Shown here: positions 1 through 12,809 of the stretch, in pieces
How positions within the stretch are numbered: position 1 is the stretch's first letter
Layout: every line of letters begins with the position of its first letter
Assembly: GCF_006345805.1 (NCBI RefSeq)
Contig: NC_042997.1
Location: forward strand, 174,654,001-174,718,000
DNA length: 64,000 nucleotides
Reading direction: 5' to 3'
DNA from: Octopus sinensis
Taxonomy: Eukaryota
The notes under the pieces: model-generated
What the model was told of the DNA's origin: nothing
Database searches by the model: none
The model's input: only the letters and a program-made list of their open reading frames with translations
Program-made: the position numbers and the translations under genes

Positions 1-22
1 AAAAATTGTCAGCTCACTGCCT

Positions 23-222
<200 letters not shown>

Positions 223-224
223 AA

Positions 225-490
225 GTTACGGGGAGGTAAACATCGCTGGTTGTCAAACGATGTTGGGAGGTCAAACACAGACACACAAACACACACACAC
301 ATACATGTATATATATGTACATATATACGACGGCCTTCTTTCAGTTTCCGTCTACCAAATCCACTCACAAGGCTTTGGTCAGCCCGAGGCTATAGTATAA
401 GACACTTGTCCAAGGTGCCACGCAATGGGACTGAACTCGGAACCATGTGGTTGATAAGCAAGCTACTTACCACACAGCCACTCCTGCGCA
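225..490 (-). mobile_element. tRNA-derived SINE, family A (3'-truncated copy)
   Basis: Minus strand starts GCGCAGGAGTGGCTGTGTGGTAAG (A box), then GAGTTCAGTCC (B box) and a CORE-like GGCACCTTGGACAAGTG. Homologous copies at about 1058, 1795, 3984, 17730, 59445 and 63448. Confidence 0.85.
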
Positions 491-588
491 TAATGAACTA
501 TTTCAGGTTACATACATATTACATACATTGTGCCCGGCGTGCTAACGATTCTGCTAGCACGTTGCTTTGCTTCTACTTAATATATTGG

Positions 589-812
589 TTTCGTTTTTGC
601 ACAAGGTCAGAAACTTTGAGTGAAGGGTGTAAAGTCGATTAGTTCGACTCCAGTACCCAACTGGGTACTTATTTTATCGACACCAAATGGATGAAAGATA
701 AAGTCGATAAAGATAAAGATAAAGTCGACCTCAGCGGAATTCGAACATAAAGACGGACGAAATACTGCTAAGAATTTTGCCCAGCGAAGCAATGATTCTG
801 CCAGCTCGCTAC
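589..812 (-). mobile_element. SINE family B, diverged copy
   Basis: Homology to the intact family-B copy at 11112-11345 (GAGCTGGCAGAATC..., GTCGACTTT, CATCC...GTCGATAAAATAAGTACC). Confidence 0.75.
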
Positions 813-1057
813 CTAATTTCTGCTTAATATATTGAATACGTTTTCTTCGTTTACTGATGCAAATATTTATCTTTCAACATAAACAATTGCACACGAACAC
901 TATTTATATGACAACACTTTTTCACTTTCTCCTCACTGTCTGATTAGAGATAAAACTTGAAACATTAAACTCTACAATCCTCACGATAAAAAACCTAACC
1001 AACTCTTCTGTCTTGTTCATTAATTCTTACTGATGCAGTCCGTTATTAGTCTCTCTT

Positions 1058-1439
1058 TCTCTTTTACTTGTTTCAGTCATGTGACTGTGGCCATGCTGGA
1101 GCACAGCCTTTGGTCGAGCAAATCGACCCCAGGACTTATTCTTTGTAAGCCTAGTACTTATTCTATCGGTCTCTTTCGCCGGACCGCTAAGTTACAGGGA
1201 CGAAAACACACTAGCATCGGTTGTCAAGTGATGTTGGAGGGACAAACACAGACGCATACATATATATAGATATACACGACGAGCTTCTTTCAGTTTCTGT
1301 CTACCAAATCCACTCACAAGGCTTTGGTCGACCCGAGGCTATAGTAAAAGACACTTGCCCAAGGTGCCACGCAGTGGGACTGAACTCGGAACCATGTGGT
1401 TGATAAGCAAGCTACTTACCACACAGCCACTCCTGCGCA
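1058..1439 (-). mobile_element. SINE family A, full length
   Basis: tRNA-like head at 1439, internal TA/CA tract, 3' tail ...CCAGCATGGCCACAGTCACATGACTGAAACAAGTAAAAGAG. Confidence 0.85.
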
Positions 1440-1794
1440 TAATGAACTATTTCAGGTTATCAAAACAGAAATCATACATAATTCGACTTAACATGTTCAA
1501 AACAGTTGCTGTCAAGTAATTGACAAACCCCGTGTCCAACGGATGCTTCAGTAAAGTAAAGTGGCATCAACTCTTCTAGACTTGTTTGGAATCTCACCTC
1601 ATCACTAGGCAGGAGTAAATGCACCTTATTTATTTACTTGCAGCAGCAATACTTATATGCTTTAGTAAGCTACCAGATCTACTGTCCTCTCAGAAATTAT
1701 TCTCTTTTTTCTTTGGTTTCGGTAAAAAAATCTAGAGCAACTTATCGTCCTTTTAGAACGTGAAATATTATTTTCGTGTGGATTTCCAGATATT

Positions 1795-2035
1795 TCCTTA
1801 CTCTTTTACTTGTTTCAGTCATTTGGCTGTGGGCATGCTGGAGCACCGCCTTTAGTCGAGCAACTCCACCCCAGGACTTATTCTTTGTAAGCCTAGTACT
1901 TATTCTATCGGTCTCTTTTGCCGAACTGCTATGTTACGGGGACGTAAACACACCAGCATCGGTTGTCAAGCGATGTTGAGGGACAAACACAGATACATAA
2001 ACATATGCACATACATACATACATACATACATATA

Positions 2036-2069
<34 letters not shown>

Positions 2070-2089
2070 CATACATACATATATATATT

Positions 2090-2123
<34 letters not shown>

Positions 2124-2337
2124 ATATATATATATATATATTATATATATATACATATATATATATATACATATATACGACGGGCTTCTTTCAGTTTCCG
2201 TTTGCCAGATCCACTCACAAGGCTTTCGTCGGCCGAGGCTATAGCAGAAGACAATTGCCCAAGGTGCCACGCAGTGGGACTGAACCCGGAACTATGTGGT
2301 TCGTAAGCAAGCTAACTTCCCTCACAGCCACTCCTAC
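1795..2337 (-). mobile_element. SINE family A with expanded internal (TACA)/(TA) microsatellite
   Basis: Same head and tail as 1058-1439; the internal tract at 1990-2177 has grown to about 190 bp. Confidence 0.85.
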
Positions 2338-2534
2338 ATATTATTAAGCGAAAGGTAACATTTTAAACATCCAGTAAGATTTTGAGTCACCGCGGTTCAA
2401 AATCTTCAAAAACCTGTGATCATTGCATTTATAGAAACTACCCTATCGACTGTTAGCATGTGTTCTGGCTTTCAAGCAGACTCTACTTGAGCACATTCAC
2501 ACATGAAACTCTCAACGTTCTTATGGATGGATAA

Positions 2535-2870
2535 AGAGTAAAGATCTCCTTTGGTCATGTATGATCATAGGATTGCACCACGAAAGTTCCCCTCCAAGGC
2601 ACAAGTCCGGGGAAGGTTTTTTATGGAGGACCAGCAGTCGCCCGTGCATACCAGCCTCCCCTCTCCACGCCACCGATGTTATCCAAGGGAGAAGCAAAGG
2701 CCAATATAGCTTGGCACCAGTGATGTTGCAACTCATTTCTACAGTTGAGTGAGCTGGAACAACGTGAAGTAAAATGTCTTGCTCAAGAACACAACGCACA
2801 GCCCGGTTCGGGAATCAAACTCACTACCTCACGCTTGCGAGCCCGACGCACAAACCACTGAGCCATCAGA
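2535..2870 (-). mobile_element. tRNA-derived SINE, family C (CORE-like body)
   Basis: Minus strand: TGGCTCAGTGGTT (A box), GAGTTTGATTCCC (B box), GTTGTGTTCTTGAGCAAGACA. Homologous to 23118-23700 and 31500-31623. Confidence 0.8.
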
Positions 2871-3429
2871 CAGATTGGGGAAAAGTATGTACCTGAAACG
2901 TACCAATATATAAACGTATATATTGTGAGAGTAATTAATATCCACTCTGCTTAATATTTTCCTTTGACTTGAAAATAAAAACAACATCAAATTGTGTTTT
3001 TTCTCATAAATAACGCCAAAAGCAAAGCTCATATGCCGTTATTCTTTTCAAAGACCTGCTATTTTATCTGGTACGTTTCATTTACGAGTGCTTTGACTCT
3101 TGGAAACCGTTGACTACTTTTAGTCTTCTTTTTATATTAGGAACATACAATTTCTAACTCTTCCAAATTCTGATGACAATTGTTAAACGAATCGGATTGA
3201 AAGTAAAGGTATCAATCAGTGAAAAATTTTGAAGCTCGTTGCTTTTGCCAAGGGAGTAAGAATTTCGGACTTTACACTTTATGAAGTTTGAAAATGAGAA
3301 ACACCTATCAGAGTCACCTTTTGTAAACAACTAATAACTTATAAACATCTAATTATTAATGTCTGAAAATTACCAGCAAAGTCATTTCTATTCATTATCT
3401 TCAAATACGTGGCTGCGTGTGTGTGTACG

Positions 3430-4360
3430 TACATACATATTACATACATTGTGCCCGGCGTGCTAACGATTCTGCTAGCACGTTGCTTTGCTTCTACTTA
3501 ATATATTGGTTTCGTTTCTGCACAAGGTCAGAAACTTTGAGTGAAGGGTGTAAAGTCGATTAGTTCGACTCCAGTACCCAACTGGGTACTTATTTTATCG
3601 ACACCAAATGGATGAAAGATAAAGTCGATAAAGATAAAGATAAAGTCGACCTCAGCGGAATTCGAACATAAAGACGGACGAAATACTGCTAAGAATTTTG
3701 CCCAGCGAAGCAACGATTCTGCCAGCTCGCTACCTAATTTCTGCTTAATATATTGAATACGTTTTCTTCGTTTACTGATGCAAATATTTATCTTTCAACA
3801 TAAACAATTGCACACGAACACTATTTATATGACAACACTTTTTCACTTTCTCCTCACTGTCTGATTAGAGATAAAACTTGAAACATTAAACTCTACAATC
3901 CTCACGATAAAAAACCTAACCAACTCTTCTGTCTTGTTCATTAATTCTTACTGATGCAGTCCGTTATTAGTCTCTCTTTCTCTTTTACTTGTTTCAGTCA
4001 TGTGACTGTGGCCATGCTGGAGCACAGCCTTTGGTCGAGCAAATCGACCCCAGGACTTATTCTTTGTAAGCCTAGTACTTATTCTATCGGTCTCTTTCGC
4101 CGGACCGCTAAGTTACAGGGACGAAAACACACTAGCATCGGTTGTCAAGTGATGTTGGAGGGACAAACACAGACGCATACATATATATAGATATACACGA
4201 CGAGCTTCTTTCAGTTTCTGTCTACCAAATCCACTCACAAGGCTTTGGTCGAACCGAGGCTATAGTAAAAGACACTTGCCCAAGGTGCCACGGAGTGGGA
4301 CTGAACTCGGAACCATGTGGTTCATAAGCAAGCTACATACCACACAGTCACTTCTACGCC
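3430..4360. repeat. Near-identical direct copy of 509-1439 (offset 2921 bp): SINE B, unique spacer, SINE A
   Basis: Identical ORF translations 607..792 = 3528..3713 and 1033..1269 = 3954..4190; the sequences align by eye. Confidence 0.95.
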
Positions 4361-5073
4361 TAATCAGTTTTTACTAATAAGCGTATGGCAATGTTAACCA
4401 ATCTTAACCAGGAGATACTTTCTGAAATTCTACGCATTATTTTCATTATATTAATTTCTATAGCAAGGTCACAGTATTTGGATTTCGGACCATATGAAAG
4501 ATGTATGCCATTATTGCGTCTTACTTTTTGAAGTTAATAGTGCAATATTCTTATTTTTAACTGATAAACTATAGATTTTGTATGGAAATCAGAGCTAGCA
4601 CTGTAAGTTATAAACTATGAACTATCATCTATAAACTATACGTATACGATACTATCGTTATATAGCGTAAGTTGTATAGCTACATATTTACTTACAGCGG
4701 AGTGCGCTGGTTATGAATCCTGCTCAGTGCCAGAATTGAGCTTGCAACTTAGATGATATCTCGTCATTATTGAGAACTGGTCAGAAGCAATATTCTCATG
4801 AACACCCACCCACACACAAACTTTCTTTTTATCTATCTATCCGTTTCTCTCTTTCTATCTATCTACCTAGCATACATCAAAAAGTCATACGCATAGTTGG
4901 TGATATTGATACTAACAAGGGCTCAGTCTACTACCTAATGCACCATGTATATACACACACACATGCACACACATATACATGCATATATATATATGTATGT
5001 ATGGACGCATATGTGTACGCGAATACATATAATTATGCACATGTATGTCTCTCTCGTTCTCTATATATGCATA

Positions 5074-5121
<48 letters not shown>

Positions 5122-5131
5122 TATATATATA

Positions 5132-5182
<51 letters not shown>

Positions 5183-6229
5183 ACACACACACGCGCGCGC
5201 ACACGAACACACACGCACAAACATATATATATATATACCAACATATCTATATGTCTCTATGTATGTATGTTTGATATTATGCGTATACTGCGTACGCTTA
5301 TGTGTGTATGTATGTGTGAGAGGACGTCTGTATGTGTTCTGTGTGAATGAATGAATGAATGAACGAATGAATGAATGAATGAATGAATGAATGATAAGAA
5401 AAAAGGAAGTATAGAAAAAAAAAGAACCATGTGAAAAGAACTGAGAAAGAAAATAACAAAAGAAACAAAAAAATGCCAATGATTTCTCTCCGTTTCTGTA
5501 GAGAATAATGGCTGCCACTAAAATTCTCCCGAAACTCCAACATAACAGAATTAAAGCAATGATAGATTCTAGTCAGGCTCTTCTTAATGGATTACTGTTT
5601 CTTTCTTTTACTCTTTTTCCTTCTTTTCTTTCTCTTCTTGTTTCTTCTTTTCTTATTCTTCCCTTTTTGTTTTTTTATTGGTTTTTTTTTGTCTTTTTCT
5701 CGTCTTTGGCAAGAATTCGGTAAGCTGAAGAACGGAACAGAAACACTGCTATTTTGGATGAAACCAGCGGCAAGTTCAAACGATAATGACCTTTATTTGC
5801 TATTTTGTAACTATTTTTTGAGCTATTTGTTTTTGTCTGCTTTTTATTTTGCTTTTGTTTTTGTTTTTCAGATAGGGGCATGTTCGGTCTATGACTCTCT
5901 GTGAATATATGTATACGAATGTATATGTACGATAGGTTTAGGACGGGGTTGTGGGCATAGGAGCGAAGCCTTCTTCTTTTATGCTTGTTTGTTGTACTTT
6001 TGTTATGTATGTAGTATTTTCTTCTGTAATTTAATTTTTGTTTTTGGTGATTATTTTTTTCTTGTTTTCTTTATTTCTTCTCTACTTCTTCAATTACTGT
6101 ATCTACCAAGAAATAAATATGCTATACGTTACCTTGCCTGCATGAATATTAATTCTAACATCCAGGTATAAACACAACGCATTTCAAAACGTACAAGGCA
6201 CTTACAAACACACACAGAGGCACACACTA

Positions 6230-6287
<58 letters not shown>

Positions 6288-6456
6288 CTATATATATATA
6301 TATGTATGTATGTATGTATATGTGTACATATATATATATACATATTTATATATATGTATATATATATGTATATGTATATATATGTATATATATATATATG
6401 TATGTATATGTGTATATATATATATATTATATATATATATATGTATATGTATATGT

Positions 6457-6503
<47 letters not shown>

Positions 6504-7202
6504 TATATGTGTATATATATATATACACATACATATACATGTATATATATACATATATACATATATATATATATACATACATACACACACATATATATGC
6601 ACACACATATACGCAAACACACGCACACATATACGCAAACACACGCACACATACGCACACTTATGTACGTAACGTCAGCAACAGCATACAGAGATGATAT
6701 AGATACATATACACATATGCGAGTGTGCGTATGCATTTATTCGTAGCTGAATATTTTACTCCCTCGCAACTTCGAAGTTTCCATTTATATCACGTTCCCT
6801 TGGCATACATGCATACATACATACATACATACATACATACATACATACATACATACATACATAAACAAATACACACATGCATACACTCAACACACACACA
6901 CATACATATACATGTCTGCATCTATATTCGCTTATCCCTATTCTAGATTTTCATAATCAGTATCACTACATGCCTTTTATTTGTGTACATACGATTCTCG
7001 CCCCTACCTATTGCTGTTTGATTTGAATATGATTCACTGATGAGGTTTGAAGAGACTGAAATACTTTCTCACACACACACACATCTATACAACCCAAGAA
7101 ACTGCGAGATAGCTTGTATTATCATCGAATTTTTCTTTGGCTGGGTTCTATTATTATAGAATTATCGTAGAATACATACATAAAGGATAAATAAAATATG
7201 GG

Positions 7203-7660
7203 AGTTTGTTTATAAAAGAGCTAGTTATGTAATATTACGTGTAAGGTAACTATGTCACGTTACACGTATTTCATCAATATTAAAAGTATTCCTTTTATAA
7301 GGAAATCCTTATAAATAGATTACATTATGAGATCTGCAGACATGCGTAACTCACTTTAATGACATATATCATTTATACTAATGTCGATTAATGCTTGCCG
7401 TCCATACCATAAAACTGTCTGGAGTCTAATATAATTAGTAAAGCTTAGTAACGAGCGTAATCTAAATTGTTACGGTCGTTCATAACATAACACTGTCCAG
7501 AGTCTAGTATAAACCATAAATTTTTTGAATGAGAATTACGAATCTCTGAGGATTGGATAATGCCATCAGATTATAGGTTTCTTCATTTAGTGAATATTTT
7601 TATTATTAATGAAATACACGTAAGATGACATCGTAACTAATTCATTTATAAACAAAATTT
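7203..7660. mobile_element. Diverged fold-back/MITE-like element
   Basis: Left GTTTGTTTATAAAAGAGCTAG...GTAACTATGTCACGTTACACGTATTTCATCAATA is the imperfect reverse complement of 7600-7660. An internal direct repeat TAAAACTGTCTGGAGTCTAATATAA / TAACACTGTCCAGAGTCTAGTATAA lies at about 7410 and 7488. Confidence 0.5.
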
Positions 7661-7755
7661 CCCCTTCGTATGGTTTTTTATATAACTTTTAGATATGTGT
7701 CCCATGGTATTGTTTTCTGTATATATAAATGCTTTCCCAAATAAAATGGTACCTG

Positions 7756-7793
<38 letters not shown>

Positions 7794-7796
7794 ATA

Positions 7797-8029
7797 CTAG
7801 CAGAAATACCCGGCGTTGCCAGGTTTAAAGAAAATAATGAAATATAATTATGCCTTTTAAATCTCTAAGTAAAATGAAGCATGGATTATGCAGTTCTTAA
7901 CAGTAATTAGCTTCAATTCGTCTTAACTTTCAGGAAAATGGATATTGTTTAATGAAACAGCATGATGTAATTGGTTCATTTTTATTATAACCCTTATTGT
8001 TGTTGTTGTTGTTGTTGTTGTTATTATTA

Positions 8030-8072
<43 letters not shown>

Positions 8073-8340
8073 TACAGAATCGTGAGATAGACACCGCTTA
8101 TCAAATCATCGTAGAAAATGCACATGTTTATTTGTTTATAAAATTATAGTTCTTAAATATGAGAGAAAGAAGCGAACCGTTTGTGTAATGGTAGAACGAT
8201 TGTCACGAAAACATGGAAGTGTGATTTCGAGCTCCACTCCTACAGAAAATCTTATCTTTTTTTGCATCCAGGACTTATATGCCCTAACATTAAACTATTT
8301 ACCTTAGATAGTGATCGTTTATAAGTTTTCCGCTTATAAA
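7797..8340 (-). mobile_element. Non-autonomous Helitron-like element, 3' end at 7797
   Basis: Minus strand ends CCTGGCAACGCCGGG (GC hairpin) TATTTCTG CTAG|T, the standard Helitron 3' hairpin plus CTRR. The 5' boundary is uncertain. Confidence 0.65.
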
Positions 8341-8374
8341 ATATAATTATTATTATTGTTATTATTATTATTAT

Positions 8375-8714
8375 CATTCAGTAGTTTTATTTTTATCGCG
8401 TGCTTTCACTTCACTACCGAGCGCAGCTCTGTGTGCCTTAGGTATGTGCTGTGATTTGTTGTGATGCTCTGATGGTTATTGTATGGAAAGTGTTCTGCGT
8501 AGGATGTGTGCAATGCCTAGTAGTGCAATTTTCTGTATGTTAATGTGTTTGTAAGTCCTGGTGTTTTTGTTATGTATTTGTCTGAATATTTTTTATCATG
8601 CCTAATGCACCTACTATGATAGGAATTGTTTCTGTTTTTAGATTCACATTCTGGTTACCTCTATTTCCAGGTCTTTGTATTGAAAGTTTCTCCATTTTAT
8701 TTTAGAGACACGTT
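8375..8714 (-). mobile_element. 3' fragment of an R4/Dong-type non-LTR retrotransposon (restriction-like endonuclease C-terminus) in a (TAA)n tract
   Basis: Frameshifted minus-strand peptides EKLS.YKDLEIEVT, LKTETIPIIVGALGMIK and IQKIALLG.AHILRRTLSIQ*; flanked on both sides by TAA repeats. Confidence 0.85.
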
Positions 8715-9089
8715 ATTATTATTATTGTGTTGTATATTATCTATATTATTATTTTATTATATTATTATTTTATTATTATTTTATTATCATTATATTATTA
8801 TTATTATTTATAGGATTGTAAAATTGACACCGCTCACCAAATCATCGCATAATCAAAAGGTGTGTTTATACTATTCTATAACCATATCAAAAAATCCAAC
8901 ATACCTCCATCTCAGCTGACCGAGGATATAAGGATAATAGACCGATATTCTAAATAACGATCAAATCTATTGGTCATTTCACATTGTGCTGTGTATTGAA
9001 CACTTAATGTGGTTTTAGTCAGGTTTTGACTGCTGTTTCAAGCAGAGTGGTATCTCTTATACCCTTATTTATAATTTTATATATAGTAT

Positions 9090-9259
9090 TATTGTGCTAT
9101 ATATATATATATTATATATATATCTAATATATATATAGTGCTATTTATATATTTATAATTTTATATATATATATAGATATATATATTCTCTATAATATAT
9201 ATAGTTATATAATATATATATATATATATGTTATGTATCTGTTATATATATATATATAT

Positions 9260-9352
<93 letters not shown>

Positions 9353-9391
9353 ATATATATAAATATATTATTTAATATATAATATCTATAT

Positions 9392-9434
<43 letters not shown>

Positions 9435-9458
9435 CATATACATATAATATATATATAT

Positions 9459-9512
<54 letters not shown>

Positions 9513-9585
9513 AATATATATATATATAGCATTTTCTATTTTAAATATTATATATATATATATATAATATATATTTATATATATT
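9090..9585. repeat. Long imperfect (TA)n tract
   Basis: Direct reading. Confidence 0.95.
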
Positions 9586-9780
9586 TAAAATAGAAAATGC
9601 TAAAATAATTTTATAAAGAACATTTCAGTACCGGTTTTCCGTCATTTTGAGACCTTTCAACTGTAACGATTAAATAATTAAATTTAGAAAAATTAGAAGA
9701 AAAGTTTTTTTTAAAGGAATATTTGTATAGTGTTCAAATATAGTGGAATCTTCCTTGCTTCTGCCTTGCTCTGTCTCTCT
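9527..9780 (-). mobile_element. Penelope-like element terminal remnant with a variant hammerhead-like motif and short inverted copy
   Basis: Minus 9663-9626: CAG TTGAAAG GTC-TCAAAAT-GAC G GAAAA CCGG TA CTG. Inverted repeat TAGCATTTTCTATTTTAAATA (9527) / TATTTAAAATAGAAAATGCTA (9582). Confidence 0.5.
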
Positions 9781-9929
9781 TGTTTATACTTGTGGGTTCG
9801 AGAAATATATACTTAATATAAGAGAACAAAATGTACGTATGCCGCTAATATATATATATATATATATATATATACTTACATATAAGAGAACAAAATGTAC
9901 GTACGCCGCTATATATATATATATATATA

Positions 9930-10623
9930 TGAAATACAAAATGGGACAAGAACGCAAAACATTCAGAAGACGATACAAAAAACATGGACGGGTCATTCGA
10001 ACCTTTTAATCTTCAGTCAAGAACCGGATCATTCTCGCAATTTCGGTTGATTAATCTTGAGATTGCTCCAATCTGGCCAGCCCCAAGGAAAACTAAGCTG
10101 AGAGCATTAGTTCCCTTGGAAAATAGCTCCGAATGTATATGATACAAGAACGGGAAAACGGACGATGTTACACGAATATAAATACAAAAATAATACAAAA
10201 AAACAACAATAATAATAATAACAGGACATCACGACAGGCGTCTTTCGACTAGGAAACGAATTGAATTCAGCTGGCGTGTTAGGAATTGTGCCTTACGGCA
10301 GAGAAAAATAATGTCGGTTTTGCCGCGACCGCTGCCAGACCCATTATTATTATTATTGTTTTTTCATATTATTTTTGTATTTATATTCGTGTAACATCGT
10401 CCGTTTTTTCGTCCTTGTTTCGTATACATTCGAAGCTTTTTTCCAAGGAATCTAATGCTCTTAGCTTAGTTTTTCCTTGGGGCTGGCCAGATTGGAGCAA
10501 TCTCAAGCCGAAATTGCGAGGATGATCCGGTTCTTGACTGAAGATTAAAGGCTTCAAATGACCCGTCCGTGTTTGTGGTCTTGTGGTATGTCTTTGGATG
10601 TTTTGCGTTCTTGTCCCATTTTG

Positions 10624-10632
<9 letters not shown>
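9930..10632. mobile_element. Large inverted repeat (arms about 270 bp), probable PLE pseudo-LTR pair
   Basis: 9930-10200 is the reverse complement of 10365-10632; ORFs 10013..10198(-) and 10286..10525(+) share YYFCIYIRVTSSVF. Flanked by (TA)n. A third partial copy lies at 57495-57610. The inverted repeat is certain; the PLE call is inference. Confidence 0.7.
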
Positions 10633-10661
<29 letters not shown>

Positions 10662-10689
10662 TATATAATAGATAGATAGATAGAGATAG

Positions 10690-10720
<31 letters not shown>

Positions 10721-11111
10721 TGTATGGATTTATGTATGTATGTATGTATGTATGTATGTATGTATGTATGCATGTATGTATGCATGCATGTATGTATGCA
10801 TGCATGTATGTATGTATGTATGTATACGCTGCTTTCGTTTCTTCTTCCTGTCTCGTTCTTTATTTTCCTGTTTAAAATAATCTATCTGATATTCTTTTTC
10901 AGAAGAAGCAATCCGGAATAAAAATACGCATAGCTGCTGCTGCTGCTGCTGCAGCTGATGATGATGATGATGATGATGATTATGATGATGATGATGATGA
11001 TGATTATGATGATGATGATGATGATGATGACGACGACGACGAGGACCAAGACGATGACGAGGACGACGATGTCGATGATGAAGATGATGATAATGATATT
11101 CCTGTATAAAT

Positions 11112-11345
11112 AAGGCGGCGAGCTGGCAGAAACGTTAGCACACCGGGCGAAATGCTTAGCGGTATTTCGTCTGCCGTTACGTTCTGAGTTCAAATTCCGC
11201 CGGGGTCGACTTTGCCTTTCATCCTTTCGGGGTCGATAAATTAAGTACCAGTTACGCACTGGAGTCGATGTAATCGACTTAATCCATTTGTCTGTCCTTG
11301 TTTGTCCCCTCTATGTTTAGCCCCTTGTGGGCAATAAAGAAACAG
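11112..11345 (+). mobile_element. SINE family B, full length, with TSD
   Basis: AAGGCGGCGAGCTGGCAGAAACG...GAGTTCAAATTCC (B box)...GCCTTTCATCCTTTCGGGGTCGATAAATTAAGTACC...AATAAAGAAA. TSD GATATT(C/T)CTGTATAAAT at 11095 and 11346. Confidence 0.9.
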
Positions 11346-12110
11346 ATATTTCTGTATAAATTCGCCTCGATTATGATAGTGAATAAGATGATGATGATGA
11401 TACTGGGGATAGAGCCGATGACGCTGCTGCGCTGCTGCTGCCGTCTGTGCTGGTGCTGCTGCTGTTATTGAAGATACGTCGACGACGATGATGACAATGA
11501 CCACGACGATGATGGCGACGGCGATGATGATGGTAGGTATGATGATGAATGTTTGCCCTTATTTTCTTCTTGACTAGCCAGCCAGCCAGCCAGGCAGCCC
11601 TTCAGCTAGACTTTAATATTCATTCTAGAATCCCTTGCCCGAATAGCAAAAATGAAAGCAAACCAAAGTGAAATGAGAAGGCGGTAGTGCTGATTTATCG
11701 CCTCTTGTTTGTGGTTGTCACCACAGGTGGAATTGTCCTGTCTAAGCTAACTCAGTCATTTATTGCGTCACGTGAGACATAAATCGCCAGTGACATGAAG
11801 TTATGGAGAGAAAGGGTGTATGTGTGTGTGTGTGCTGCTGTGTGTGTGTGTGCATGTGTGCTGCTGTGTGTGTGTGTGTGTGCATGTGTGCTGCTGTGTG
11901 TGTGTGCATGCGTGTATATGAAAGTGTAAGACAAAGGAGAGAAAAGTAAGAGAAATAGTGTATATATACACATAGACATATATGTGTGCGTGTGTATGTG
12001 TATGTCTCTATATATATATAATATAGATATATATATATATATTATATATATATATTATTATATATTATATATATATAAATGTATACATACATACATCTAT
12101 ATATATAATG

Positions 12111-12213
<103 letters not shown>

Positions 12214-12809
12214 GGGGAGACAAAGAAGAGTAAAATAGGGAAAGTAGTAGAAAATAGGTTAGATACATGTATATGTGTATGTGTGCGCGTGTTCTTTTGT
12301 GTGTATGCGCGTGAGTGTTTCTCTCCCTATGTGTGTATGTGTTGTTTTTCTTGTTGATGTTGCTGTCGATATTGCTGCTGCTGCCCCCTCCGAATGTTTA
12401 TTTTATTTTATTTATTTATTTATTTATTTTATTTTCAGAAAGAATGAAAAACTGTAACTTAAAGAAAAGTGCTCAGTACATTGTTTTTGAGTGTCAGCAT
12501 GAGATTTTTTTTTTAAAGGAACCTTACTCATACTAGACTATCCCAATTTATCTTTTTATTTTTATTTTTATTTCTATTACCGAGTTCAATGAATTAATTT
12601 CTCAACAAATACGTTTGATACAAAACGGAAGAATTACAACTCAATTCACATTTACATATTCCCACATCATACCACGCCACACCACACACACACAAATATA
12701 CATACATTTATGAACTTATGGCCTTGACTATTCATCAGTCAATGTAGGTCACAGAATTCTGTTATTTTGATAAATCGTATAATATAAAACTCTAGATCTT
12801 TGTGTCACA

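Noticed and set aside
3164-3205. CTGATGA...CGAATCGG hammerhead
   Set aside because: GAAA and the cleavage triplet are missing.
7011-7055. CTGATGA GGTTT-GGAAG-AGACT GAAA hammerhead
   Set aside because: Stem II is plausible but there is no stem I partner or valid stem III; at best a truncated relic.
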